Under the pieces are notes generated by a model, which was not told where the DNA came from, did no database searches, and worked only from the letters and a program-made list of their open reading frames with translations. Source: Antedon mediterranea (taxonomy: Eukaryota > Animalia > Echinodermata). Taken from it: a DNA stretch of 64,000 nucleotides. The DNA lies in assembly GCF_964355755.1 (NCBI RefSeq), contig NC_092678.1, forward strand, positions 10,910,352 to 10,974,351, written 5' to 3'. Positions 26,201 through 38,741 of this stretch are shown here, piece after piece (the stretch's first letter is position 1; each line of letters opens with the position of its first letter). Position numbers and translations under genes: made by a program.

Positions 26201-29200
26201 ACAAAGTTGCATGGCATTATTCTTCATTGATTGATAATTCATTTCATATAAATAGACTATTACCAGCTCTTCAGTCATCTACTGGTTTGTGGCGTAACGA
26301 GTAATGCTCAGGTTTGAGTGCTCTGAGTAGTGGGTCGAACCTCTAGGGATATTTTTTTTCTTTTTTTTTTAAATTGAAAATAAATATGGTTTTTGAAAGT
26401 GAGATATTTTGAGGGTTGTAAATGTCAGGCCTAAACAAGTGGACCTTTTTTAAAATCAGAAACAAAGTTGCATGGCATTATTTTTCATTGATTGATCATT
26501 CATTTCATATAAATGGACTATTATCAGCTCCGCAGTCATCAACTGGTTTGTGGCGTAACGGATAATGCTCAGGTTTGAGTGCTTTCAGTAGTGGGTTCGA
26601 ACCTCTAGGGATTTTTTTTTTTTAAATTGAAAATAAATATTGTTTTTGAAAGTGAGATATTTTGAGGGTTGTAAATGTCAGGCCTAAACAAATGGACTTT
26701 TTTTAAAATCAGAAACAAAGTTGCATGGCATTATTTTTCATTGATTGATCATTCATTTCATATAAATAGACTATTATCAGCTCTTCAGTCATCTACTGGT
26801 TTGTGGCGTAACGGGTAATGCTCAGGTTTGAGTGCTCTGAGTAGTGGGTCGAACCTCTAGGGATATTTTTTTTCTTTTTTTTTTAAATTGAAAATAAATA
26901 TGGATTTTGAAAGTGAGATATTTTGAGGGTTGTAAATGTCAGGCCTAAACAAGTGGACCTTTTTTAAAATCAGAAACAAAGTTGCATGGCATTATTTTTC
27001 ATTGATTTATTATTTATTTCATATAAATAGAGTATTGTCAGCTCTTCAGTCATCTACTGGTTTGTGGCGTAACGGGTAATGCTCAAGTTTGAGTGCTCTC
27101 ACTAGTGGGTTCGAACCTCTACGGATATTTTGTTTCTTTTTTTTTTTATTTAAAATAAATATTGTTTTTGAAAGTGAGATATTTTGAGGGTTGTAAATGT
27201 CAGGCCTAAACAAGTGAACCTTTTTTAAAATCAGAAACAAAGTTGCATGGCATTATTTTTCATTGATTTATTATTAATTTCATATAAATAGAGTATTATC
27301 AGCTCTTCAGTCATCTACTGGTTTGATGCGTAACGAGTAATGCTCAGGTTTGAGTTCTCGCAGTAGTGTGTTCGAACCTCTACGAATATTTTTTTTCTTT
27401 TTTTTTTTAATTGAAAAAAATATTGTTTTTGAAAGTGAGATATTTTGAGGGTTGTAAATGTCAGGCCTAAACAAGTGGACCTTTTTTAAAATCAGAAACA
27501 AAGTTGCATGACATCATTTTTCATTGATTGATCATTCATTTCATATAAATAGACTATTATCAGCTCTTCAGTTATCTACTGGTTTGTGGCGTAACGGGTA
27601 ATGCTCAAGTTTGAGTGCTCTCACTAGTGGGTTCGAACCTCTACGGATATTTTTTTTTTTTATTTATTTAAAATAAATATTGTTTTTGAAAGTGAGATAT
27701 TTTGAGGGTTGTAAATATCAGGCCTAAACAAGTGGACCTTTTTTAAAATCAGAAACAAAGTTGCATGGCATTATTTTTCATTGATTTATTATTTATTTCA
27801 TATAAAAAGAGTATTATCAGCTCTTCAGTCATCTACTGGTTTGTGGCGTAACGGGTAATGCTCAAATTTGAGTGCTCTCACTAGTGGGTTCGAACCTCTA
27901 CGGATATTTTGTTTTTTTTATTTTTTTATTTAAAATAAATATTGTTTTTGAAAGTGAGATATTTTGAGGGTTGTAAATGTCAGGCCTAAACAAGTGAACC
28001 TTTTTTGAAATCAGAAACAAGGTTGCATGGCATTATTTTTCATTGATTTATTATTAATTTCATATAAATAGATTATTATCAGCTCTTCAGTCATCTACTG
28101 GTTTGAGGCGTAACGGGTAATGCTCAAGTTTGAGTGCTCGCAGTAGTGGGTTCGAACCTCTAGAGATATTTCATTTCTTTTTTTTTTAATTGAAAATAAA
28201 TATTTTTTTTGAAAGTGAGATATTTTGAGGGTTGTAAATGTCAGGCCTAAACAAATGAACCTTTTTTAAATCAGAAACAAAGTTGCATGGCATTATTTTT
28301 CATTGAGTGATCATTAATTTCATATAAATAGACTGTTATCAGCTCTTCAGTCATCTACTGGTTTGAGGCGTAACGGGTAATGCTCAGGTTTGAGTTCTCG
28401 CAGTAGTGGGTTCGAACCTCTACGAATATTTTTTTTTTTTTTATTTTTTTATTGAAAATAAATATTGTTTTTGAAAGTGAGATATTTTGAGGGTTGTAAA
28501 TGTCAGGCCTAAACAATTAGACCTTTTTTAAAATCAGAAACAAAGTTGCATGGCATTATTTTTCATTTATTGATCATTCATTTCATATAAATGGACTATT
28601 ATCAGCTCCGCAGTCATCTACTGGTTTGTGGCGTAACGGATAATGCTCAGGTTTGAGTGCTTTCAGTAGTGGGTTCGAACCTCTAAGGATTTTTTTTTTT
28701 TTTAAATTGAAAATAAATATTGTTTTTGAAAGTGAGATATTTTGAGGGTTGTAAATGTCAGGCCTAAACAAGTGGACCTTTTTTAAAATCAGAAACAAAG
28801 TTGCATGGCATTATTTTTCATTGGTTGATCATCCATTTCATATAAATAGACTATTATCAGCTCTTCAGTTATATACTGGTTTGCGGCGTAACGGGTAATG
28901 CTCAGTTTTGAGTGATTTCAATAGTGGGTTCGAACTTCTAGGGATATTTTTTTTTTTTTTTTTATTTGAAAATAAATATTGTTTTTGAAAGTGAGATATT
29001 TTGAGGGTTGTAAATGTCAGGCCTAAACAAGTGAACATTTTTTTCAATCAGAAACAAAGGTGCATGGCATTATTTTTCATTGATTGATCATTCATTTCAT
29101 ATATATAGACTATTATCAGCTCCTCAGTCATCTACTGGTTTGTGGCGTAACGTGTAATGCTCAGGTTTGAGTGCTCTCAGTAGTGGGTTCGAACCTATAC

Positions 29201-30452
29201 GGGTATTTTTTTTTCTTTTTTTTTAAATTGAAAATATATATTGTTTTTGAAAGTGAGATATTTTGAGGGTTGCAACTGTCAGGCCTAAACAAGTGAACCT
29301 TTTTTAAAATCAGAAACAAAGTTGCATGGCATTATTTTTCATTCATTGATCATCCATTTCATATAAATAGACTATTATCAGCTCTTCAGTCATATACTGG
29401 TTTGCGGCGTAACGGGTAATGCTCAGGTTTGATTGATTTCAATAGTGGGTTCGAACTTCTAGGGATATTTTTTTTCTTTTTTTTTTGTTTGAAAATAAAT
29501 ATTGTTTTTGAAGGTGAGATATTTTGAGGGTTGTAAATGTCAGGCCTAAACAAGTGAACCTTTTTTAAAATCAGAAACAAAGTTGCATGGCATTATTTTT
29601 CATTGATTTATTATTCATTTCATATTAATAAAGTATTATCAGCTCTTCAGTCATCTACTGGTTTGAGGCGTAACGGGTAATTCTCAAGTTTGAGTGCTCG
29701 CAGTAGTGGGTTCGAACCTCTAGGGATATTTCTTTTCTTTTTTTTTTTATTGAAAATGAATATTTTTTTTGAAAGTGAGATATTTTGAGGGTTGTAAATG
29801 TCAGGCCTAAACAAATGAACCTTTTTTAAAATCAGAAACAAAGTTGCATTGCATTATTTTTCATTGATTGATCATTAATTTCATATAAATAGACTATCAT
29901 CAGCTCTTTACTTATCTACTGGTTTGTGGCGTAACGGGTAATACCCAGGTTTGAGTGCTCTCAGTAGCGAATTCTAACCTCTAGGGATATTGCTTTTTTT
30001 TTCTTATTGAAAATAAATATTTTTTGGGAAAATGAGATATTTTTTAGGGTTGTGAATGTCAGGCCTAAACAAATGGATCTTTTTTAAAATCAGAAACAAA
30101 GTTGCATGGCATTATTTTTCATTGACTGATCATTCATTTCATATAAATAGACTATTATCAGCTCTTCAGTCATCTACTGGTTTGTGGCGTAACGGGTAAT
30201 GCTCAAGTTTGAGTGCTCTCACTAGTGGGTTCTACGGATATTTTGTTTCTATTTTTTTTTTAATTTAAAATAAATATTGTTTTTGAAAGTGAGATATTTT
30301 GAGGGTTGTAAATGTCAAGCCTAAACAAATGAACCTTTTTTTAAATCAGAAACAAAGTTGCATGGCATTATTTTTCATTGATTTATTATTTATTTCTTAT
30401 AAATAGAGTATTATCAGCTTTTCAGTCATCTACTGGTTTGTGGCGTAGCGGT

Positions 30453-31353
30453 TAGCGATTTTTTTTTTCGTACATAATTTGGGGACCCCCTTATGAAACG
30501 TCACAAAATAAACATGAATAATTCATCAGTTAAATGTTCTTGTTCCGTGTGCACCCAGTGGTATAGCAACAAGAAGTGATTACACAAGTGCGGTACGATT
30601 CTAGGCCTATCTCCGCGCTGTTGTTGCGGCGTGCGATTTCATAGAATAGCGGCGTTTTGTGTGGATTGTCGAAATAATCAGCCTTTAGTTTATGATAGTG
30701 TTTTTAATATAATTTATTACTAAAGAATTACGTGTTAAAATTATAGTTTCTATTAATACAGTACTATTAGGCCTAGGCCTAATTATTAGTCTCTAAACAT
30801 ATGTCTATTCTAGTAGAGCTGTGTGTGTGTGTGTGTGTTATAGGTATGACACAATCCGAGTAATAAGTCAGCAAAATTAAACATTACACAAAAATACATT
30901 TTTTATTCTCGTGGGTCTAATCTTCCCATCTCATGTGTTCATATACGCGCATTTTTAAAGTTCCTTTGAGTACATGCATTGTTTGATAATAAAATAGCAG
31001 AATTAAAAAAAATACAGTACGCAAATTATACACATTCTTTATTCTTGTGGGTCTAAGCTTTCTTTGGGCTATGTCCAATGAATTACTACTTAGTTTAATG
31101 TCTTGCCTAGCTGTCGATTAGCCTAGACTCGACACATTTTGTGTGAAGAAGAGTGCGCGAAGGCAATCGCGTGAATTGACTTACAATCCTAGGCCTACTG
31201 TAGAAAGTATCGTATCGCAGTTGTGTAATTGCTTCTTGTTGCTATACGCTTGGGTGCACACGGAACAAAAAATTTAACTGATGAATTATTCATGTTTATT
31301 TTGTGACGTTTCATGAGGGGGTCCCCAACTTATGTACAAAAAAAAAATCGCTA
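30453..31353. mobile_element. MITE with ~150-bp TIRs and TAG...CTA ends (superfamily uncertain, possibly Academ-like)
   Basis: TAGCGATTTTTTTTTTCGTACATAATTTGGGGACCCCC... / ...GGGGGTCCCCAACTTATGTACAAAAAAAAAATCGCTA; flanks GCGGT / GCGGG (ambiguous 4-5 bp TSD); internal (GT)n near 30820-30838. Confidence 0.85.
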
Positions 31354-34300
31354 GCGGGTAATGCTCAAGTTTGAGTGCTCTCACTAGTGGGTTCGAACCT
31401 CTACTGATATTTTATTTCTTTTTTTTTTTTAATTGAAAAAATATTGTTTTTGAAAGTGAGATATTTTGAGGGTTGTAAATGTCAGGCCAAAACAAGTGAA
31501 CCTTTTTTAAAATCAGAAACAAAGTTGCATGGCATTATTTTTCATTGATTGATTGATTGACTATTATCAGTTCCTCAGTCACCTACTGGTTGGTGGCGTA
31601 ACGGATAATGCTCAGGTTTGAGTTCTCTCAGTAGTGGGTTCGAACCTCTAGGGATTTTTTTTTTTAAATTGAAAATAAATATTGTTTTTGAAAGTGAGAT
31701 ATTTTTAGGGTTGTAAATGTCAGGCCTAAACAAGTGAACATTTTTTTCAATTAGAAACAAAGTTGCAAGGCATTATTTTTCATTGATTGATCATTGATTT
31801 CATATAAATAGACTATTATCAGCTCTTCAGTCATCTACTGGTTTGTGGCGTAACGGGTAATGCTCAAGTTTGAGTGCTCTCACTAGTGGGTTCGAACCTA
31901 TACGCGTATTTTTTTTCTTTTTTTTTTAATTGAAAATAAATATTGTTTTTGAAGGTGAGATATTTTGAGGGTTGTAAATGTCAGGCCTAAACAAGTGAAC
32001 CTTTTTTTAAAATCAGAAACAAAGTTGCATGGCATTATTTTTCATTGATTTATTATTCATTTCATATAAATAGAGTATTATCAGCTCTTCAGTTATCTAC
32101 TGGTTTGTGGCGTAACGGATAATGCTCAGGTTTGAGTGCTCTCAGAAGTGGATTCGAACCTCTAGGGATTTTTTTTTTTAATAGAAAATAAATATTTTTT
32201 TTGAAAATGAGATATTTTTTAGGGTTGTGAATGTCAGGCCTAAACAAATGGATCTTTTTTTAAATCAGAAACAAAGTTGCATGGCATTATTTTTCATTGA
32301 TTTATTATTTATTTCATATAAATAGACTATTATCAGCTCTTCAGTCATCTACTGGTTTGTGGCGTAACGGGTAATGCTCAGGTTTGAGTGCTCTCACTAG
32401 TGGGTTCGAACCTGTAAGGATATTTTTTTATTGATTTTTTTTATTTACAAACCCAGGTTTGAGTGCTCTCAGTAGCGGGTTCCAACCTCTACGGATATTG
32501 CCTTTTTTTTTTATTGAAAATAAATATTTTGTTTGAAAATGAGATATTTTTTAGGGTTGTGAATGCCTAAACAAATGGATCTTTTTTAAAATCAGAAACA
32601 AAGTTGCATGGCATTATTTTTCATTGATTGATCATTCATTTCATATAAATAGACTATTATCAGCTCTTCAGTTATCTACTGGTTTGTGGCGTAACGGGTA
32701 ATACCCAGGTTTGAGTGCTCTCAGTAGCGGGTTCCAACCTGTACGGATATTGCTTTTTTTTTTCTTATTGAAAATAAATATTTTTTTTGAAAATGAGATA
32801 TTTCTTAGGGTTGTGAATGTCAGGCCTAAACAAATGGATCTTTTTTAAAATCAGAAACAAAGTTGCATGGCATTATTTTTCATTGATTGATCATTCATTT
32901 CATATAAATAGACTATTATCAAGCTCTTCAGTCATCTACTGGTTTGTGGCGTAACGGGTAATGCTCAGGTTTGAGTGCTCTGAGTAGTGGGTCGAACCCC
33001 TAGGGATATTTTTTTTCTTTTTTTTTAATTGAAAATAAATATTTTTTTTGAAAGTGAGATATTTTGAGTGTTGTAAATGTCGGGCCTAAACAAGTGGACA
33101 TTTTTTTCAATCAGAAACAAAGTTGCATGGCATTATTTTTCATTGATTGATCATTCATTTCATATAAATAGACTGTTATCAGCTCTTCAGTCATCTACTG
33201 GTTTGTGGCGTAACCGGTAGTGCTCAGGTTTGAGTTCTCGCAGTAGTGGGTTCCAACCTCTACGAATATTTTTTTTCTTTTTTTTTTTTAATTGAAAATA
33301 AATATTGTTTTTGAAAGTGAGATATTATGAGGGTTGTAAATGTCAGGCCTAAACAAGTGAACATTTTTTTCAATCAGAAACAAAGTTGCATGGCATTATT
33401 TTTCATTGATTGATCATTCATTGCATATAAATAGACTGTTATCAGCTCTTCAGTCATCTACTGGTTTGTGGTGTAACCGGTAGTGCTCAGGTTTGAGTTC
33501 TCGCAGTAGTGGTTTCGAACCTCTACGAATATTTTTTTTCTTTTTTTTTTTAATTGAAAATAATATTGTTTTTGAAAGTGAGATATTTTGAGGGTTGTAA
33601 ATGTCAGGCCTAAACAAGTGGACCTTTTTTTAAATCAGAAACAAAGTTGCATGACATTATTTTTCATTGATTGATCATTTATTTCATATAAATAGACTAT
33701 TATCAGCCCCTCAGTCATCTACTGGTTTGTGGAGTAACGGATAATGCTCAGGTTTGAGTGCTCTCAGTAGTGGGTTCGAACCTCTAGGGATTTTTTTTTT
33801 TAAATTGAAAATAAATATTGTTTTTGAAAGTGAGATATTTTGAGGGTTGTGAATGTCAGGCCCAAACAAATGGATCTTTTTTAAAATCAGAAACAAAGTT
33901 GCATGGCATTATTTTTCATTGATTGATCATTGATTTCATATAAATAGACTATTATCAGCTCTTCAGTCATCTACTGGTTTGTGGCGTAACGGGTAATGCT
34001 CAGATTTGAGTGCTCTGAGTAGTGGGTCGAACATATAGGGATATGTTTTTTCTTTTTTTTTTAAATTGAAAATAAATATGGTTTTTGAAAGTGAGATATT
34101 TTGGGGGTTGTAAATGTCAGGCCTAAACAAGTGGACCTTTTTTAAAATCAGAAACAAAGTTGCATGGCATTATTTTTCATTGATTTATTATTCATTTCAT
34201 ATAGATAGAGTATTATCAGCTCTTCAGTAATCTACTGGTTTGAAGCGTAACGGGTAATGCTCAGGTTTGACTGCTCTCAGTAGTGGGTTCGAACCTATAC

Positions 34301-37300
34301 GGGTATTTTTTTTTTCTTTTTTTTTTTATTGAAAATAAATATTGTTTTTGAAAGTGAGATATTTTGAGGGTTGCAACTGTCAGGCCTAAACAAGTGAACC
34401 TTTTATAAAATCAGAAACGAAGTTGCATGGCATTATTTTTCATTGGTTGATCATCCTTTTCATATAAATAGACTATTATCAGCTCTTCAGTCGTATACTG
34501 GTTTGCGGCGTAACGGGTAATGCTCAGGTTTGAGTGATTTCAATAGTGGGTTCGAACTTCTAGGGATATTTTTTTTATTTTTTTTTTATTTGAAAATAAA
34601 TATTTTTTTTTAAAGTGAGATATTTTGAGGGTTGGAAATGTCAAGCCTAACCAAGTGGACCTTTTTTTAAATCAGAAACAAAGTTGCATAACATCATTTT
34701 ACATTGATGGATCATTCATTTCATATAAATAGACTATTATCAGCTCTTCACTCATCTACTGGTTTGTGGCGTAACCGGTAATGCTCAAGTTTGAGTGCTC
34801 GCAGTAGTGGGTTCGAACCTCTAGGAATATTTTTTTTCATTTTTTTTTATATTGAAAATAAGTATTGTTTTTGAAATCAAATACATGTAAAAAGACTGCC
34901 ATAAAGCCTCCAAAAGAAGCCAATGTACTCCTTCATATTCAGTACTCATGGGTGAGCTTCTTTTCCACCTGGAGTTCTTTTCGAGAGCTGCTGGGTTCCC
35001 GCCCGGAAAATGTTTTAATTACATGATTTGAACAATATTCTAATGTAAATATTAACAGCATCAAAATTTAACAGTGTTGCGTGTTGACCGCGAATGATTA
35101 ACATATCACTCGATTCTGCTACTGTCCACAGGTGCTATCTGTAAAACTATAGCAAGTTATACACGTTGCTGTCTGCTATAAATGCTGTACTTTTAACACA
35201 CGGTACACTGTCTGTAGCACAGTGTGTGTTGACAATTTACAATGATGTACAACCATAGGAAGATTTTCGTACTGCCATGCAAGAATGGATAGGTTTGTTC
35301 CGCCGCTTTTAGGCCTTCTAGTCAATTATTGTTATTATTATACGAATTACGTAATTAGTCTAGTAGCTCATCTACCTTTTTAGCAGGGCATAATGAATAT
35401 TGTAGCTAGGCTAGGCCTACTAGTCTAGCGGGAAATCAACCAATTATTTGGTTGGATACGAGTTTAGGGTAGGAAGTTAAGTACGAGTTGGCATGGGTAC
35501 GAGTCGACCAGGGGTGAATCGACCAGAGTACACCTGGCCGCCCTACTAGAGCATAGGCTACAGGCCTGCAGGAATGGGAAATCTGCCCTAGCTATAGGCA
35601 TAGAAAAGCCATCCTATGAGCATAAAAAGGCCTCGTAGAGCAAGACATGTTAACATATACTACACAGTACTAGTACGTCTACCATTTATTATAGTTCCAT
35701 GGTACTACGGATCACTACTATATAGGTCTAGTAGGCTAGGGTAGGTTTCCATTAATTTCGGTCGCGTTTTTTCAGGAGGGCATGTGAGAGTTGAGGTAGG
35801 TTAGCCCAGCTAGGCTAAACTAACATGTAAGTAGTATTCTACCATAGGATGGGAACGAGTCGGCATGGGGGTACGGGTTGATCTTTATCCGTATTCTAGG
35901 GGGCTGGTCAACCCGTAACGTACCCATGTCAACTCGTACCAAACTTGGCTAACTCGTACCCAAATAATTGGTCAACTCGTACCAATAGCTTTATAGCTTT
36001 ATTGATAGCTGGGTTCAAATCTAGGTTGGGACGTTTTTTTCTCATTCTAAAACAGATTTCCTTATAATAATAAAATAATAGCGACCTATGAATTTAACTG
36101 TAATATTGTATTGTATACATAATATTAGTAGTAATAGTAATTCCCATTGCATTTATTATTATAATATATTTTACGGTTACCCCTTAATTATACTATAGTA
36201 TAACTTCCTTGTTATAGTTTACAATATTTTCTTCATAATTCAACAATTTTTTTTCACAGCTAATTATCAAACTGAATCATCACACACCAAATCTCATGAA
36301 ATCTCTAGTGTATTTCTCCAAGCTAATTCAGCTACATGGTATTGCCTTGAGGCTAAACTACACTGTATACTGGGCACTACCGTCATTCCTGGCCCGTCAA
36401 CCTGGACCACATTATGGTCCAACACCATAGTCGTGTACTACTGATTCCAAATAGTGAATTACATCCTGTGGTCAAGGATTTATTTGCACTTATGCTTATT
36501 TCCTCCAACATACAGAGTACGTAGGGCTTTTAATTTGCTTTTATACCTGTTAATTAAAAAATCGTTTATGCCTATTGTTGCATAAAGATCAAATTTAGAC
36601 TGTAAATACTGGGATGATCACCCTAAATTTTCTTTTTCATTTAACAATTTTATATTTCACAGCCAGAAAAAAGCATAGGCCTAGAGGCTTTTTTTTATTC
36701 ATAACTGTTGAATTGCATCCCAATACATGGTACCTATTGGTATTATATCTATAATAATAAAGTACTCTCTTATAAATAGATGTATCTCTCCAAACTACTC
36801 CAACTACCTAATCTAATAATAGTACTATTAGCATACTACTGTACACTTTGTAGACAAGAAATAAGTTGCATCCACCTAGAGGACTTATGTTAGTACTGTA
36901 CAGTCGATCGTCCTCTCACTGGTCTGGTCAACATAATCTACGCCTAGATTATTACAGTAATTAAAGTACATTATTACAGAGTTGTTTTTTTTTTTTCAGA
37001 AATCAAAGTTATGTGTATAGAAAGCAGTACTCGTATTAAAAACTAAGCAGGCTGTACTCTTGAACGCAAACTGGCAGGAAAATTTTGAATATTTTTTGTT
37101 GTTGAAATGATGGAATCCTAACTTCAATTTCCACGAACTGGAGACGAAGACATATTACGACCCTTTTATTTAAATTTATTTGGATAGACCTCCATGTAAA
37201 TTCATTAAAGGCTATATGATTGTTTTATATTTTAATATGTGATAGTAGAAAATCATTGTGTATAATGAGGACCATGAATCTGATATTTACTTGCATTCTC

Positions 37301-38741
37301 ATCTTTTTAAAATTTTATTTATAATGCTGGTAATGAATTTACTATTGAAAAAGTCATGTGTCCACTTATCTCAAATTGTGGCACACCTCTAACCTTGGTA
37401 GAACTGACTGTTCTATATGAGTACATTTAATTTGCCATATAGTAGTGTTTCCACCATACTTCAACCTGGTAATTGAATACATTTCATCAGGGTAAAATTA
37501 TCACCTTTAACATAAAGTATCCTCCTGAAACATGTATTTGTACTGTACTTCATCTACTATTCATTTAATTACTTAATACTAATTTGGGTGATTTATGTCT
37601 AGCTTCAGGAATGATCTGAGGCTAGAAGAACGAATTTCTGCACATATAATTTATATAAAAAATAAACCAATGAACCAATGTTTTTCCAAATATTTAACCC
37701 CTAGGTTGATAACTAACAAAGAAATTATTGAAATTGTGTTCTCACAATATGTGTACTGTATCTACATAATTATGCATACTGCTGTACTTGTTTTTAACCG
37801 CATAATGGCATTAAAAAAAAAAGAATGTTTTATAATTATTATGTTATTTCCAAATATTAAAGGTCTGAAACAGAAACTAAATGTTACCAAACTATGTTTT
37901 TCAAAATCTCTATGAAATAATAATATGAACATAATATTAAATTATATTGACTATTTTTGATAATCATCATGTCCTTATAAATTCATTGATATTTCTTTTG
38001 TGTAATATAGTTCATATATTATGTATTAAATAAATTGGTAAGGCCCTATACTGTTTATATTTAAGGAAAGTTTATATACACTATTATGTTATGCCTACCA
38101 ATATTAGTATTAATTGTTTATGTAACTATTTTGTCTAATTGCATTGATTTTTCGTATAGGCCAATGGCATTAATGTTTTCTCAAATCAAATTAGCCTAAT
38201 AATGCCATATTTAGAAACATAATTCATTGATTTCTGATATTCTGTACTTGTGTATGCATTACTAAAATAGTAGTTATTTTATTTCATTTATAATGTATGT
38301 ATAAACTTTTATTCAGTATTTTTTTACATTTTTAAGTTTAAAAATTATTAAAATACCTATCTACCTTTCTGTTATTGTTACTATTATAATATTTTTTGAG
38401 GCAGATTGATTTCAATAAAAAAATTTTAAACAATTAATTTGATTTATACTGTACTATGTTAGTTCAGGAGATGAAGTGTGTGTTGGTAGAATCTGGTGTG
38501 TTGGAGGTTGGTGATGTGAGGTGTATTTTTGTCACTTTAAGACCTAAATTAGAAGTGGATAGGCTTTCAAACAACTCCAAGAAGATTCACACAAAAATAA
38601 TTACTTCCCAATAAAATAGTATGTAACAGTGTATATTACACTACATTGAATAAACTCGAGCGGAAAAATAACACACATAAAAAATCATTCATTTCCTTGT
38701 CGAAAAGCGCCCTCGCTAGTTTTCTATTAATTTATTAATAA

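Larger units (their letters stand above)
972..34876 (+). repeat. ~260-bp tRNA-derived satellite, array 1 (about 110-115 monomers, interrupted by three transposons)
   Basis: Head-to-tail repeats of TATAAATAGACTATTATCAGCTCTTCAGTCATCTACTGGTTTGTGGCGTAACGGGTAATGCTCAGGTTTGAGTGCTCTCAGTAGTGGGTTCGAACCTCTAGGGATA-T(n)...GTTGCATGGCATTATTTTTCATTG; ten monomers span 2598 bp (ORF track 14331 vs 16929). The first monomer is the most diverged. Confidence 0.97.

Noticed and set aside
36009-36042. B-box-like GGTTCAAATC followed by a T-run at the inner TIR edge
   Set aside because: No A box or upstream tRNA body; at most a fragment.
36259-38620. Possible exons or transposase remnants inside the foldback element (acceptor-like sites near 36259 and 36999; ORF 37595-37915)
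   Set aside because: Short, stop-interrupted, no recognisable domain; the 'QENFEYF' resemblance to P transposase is too weak.
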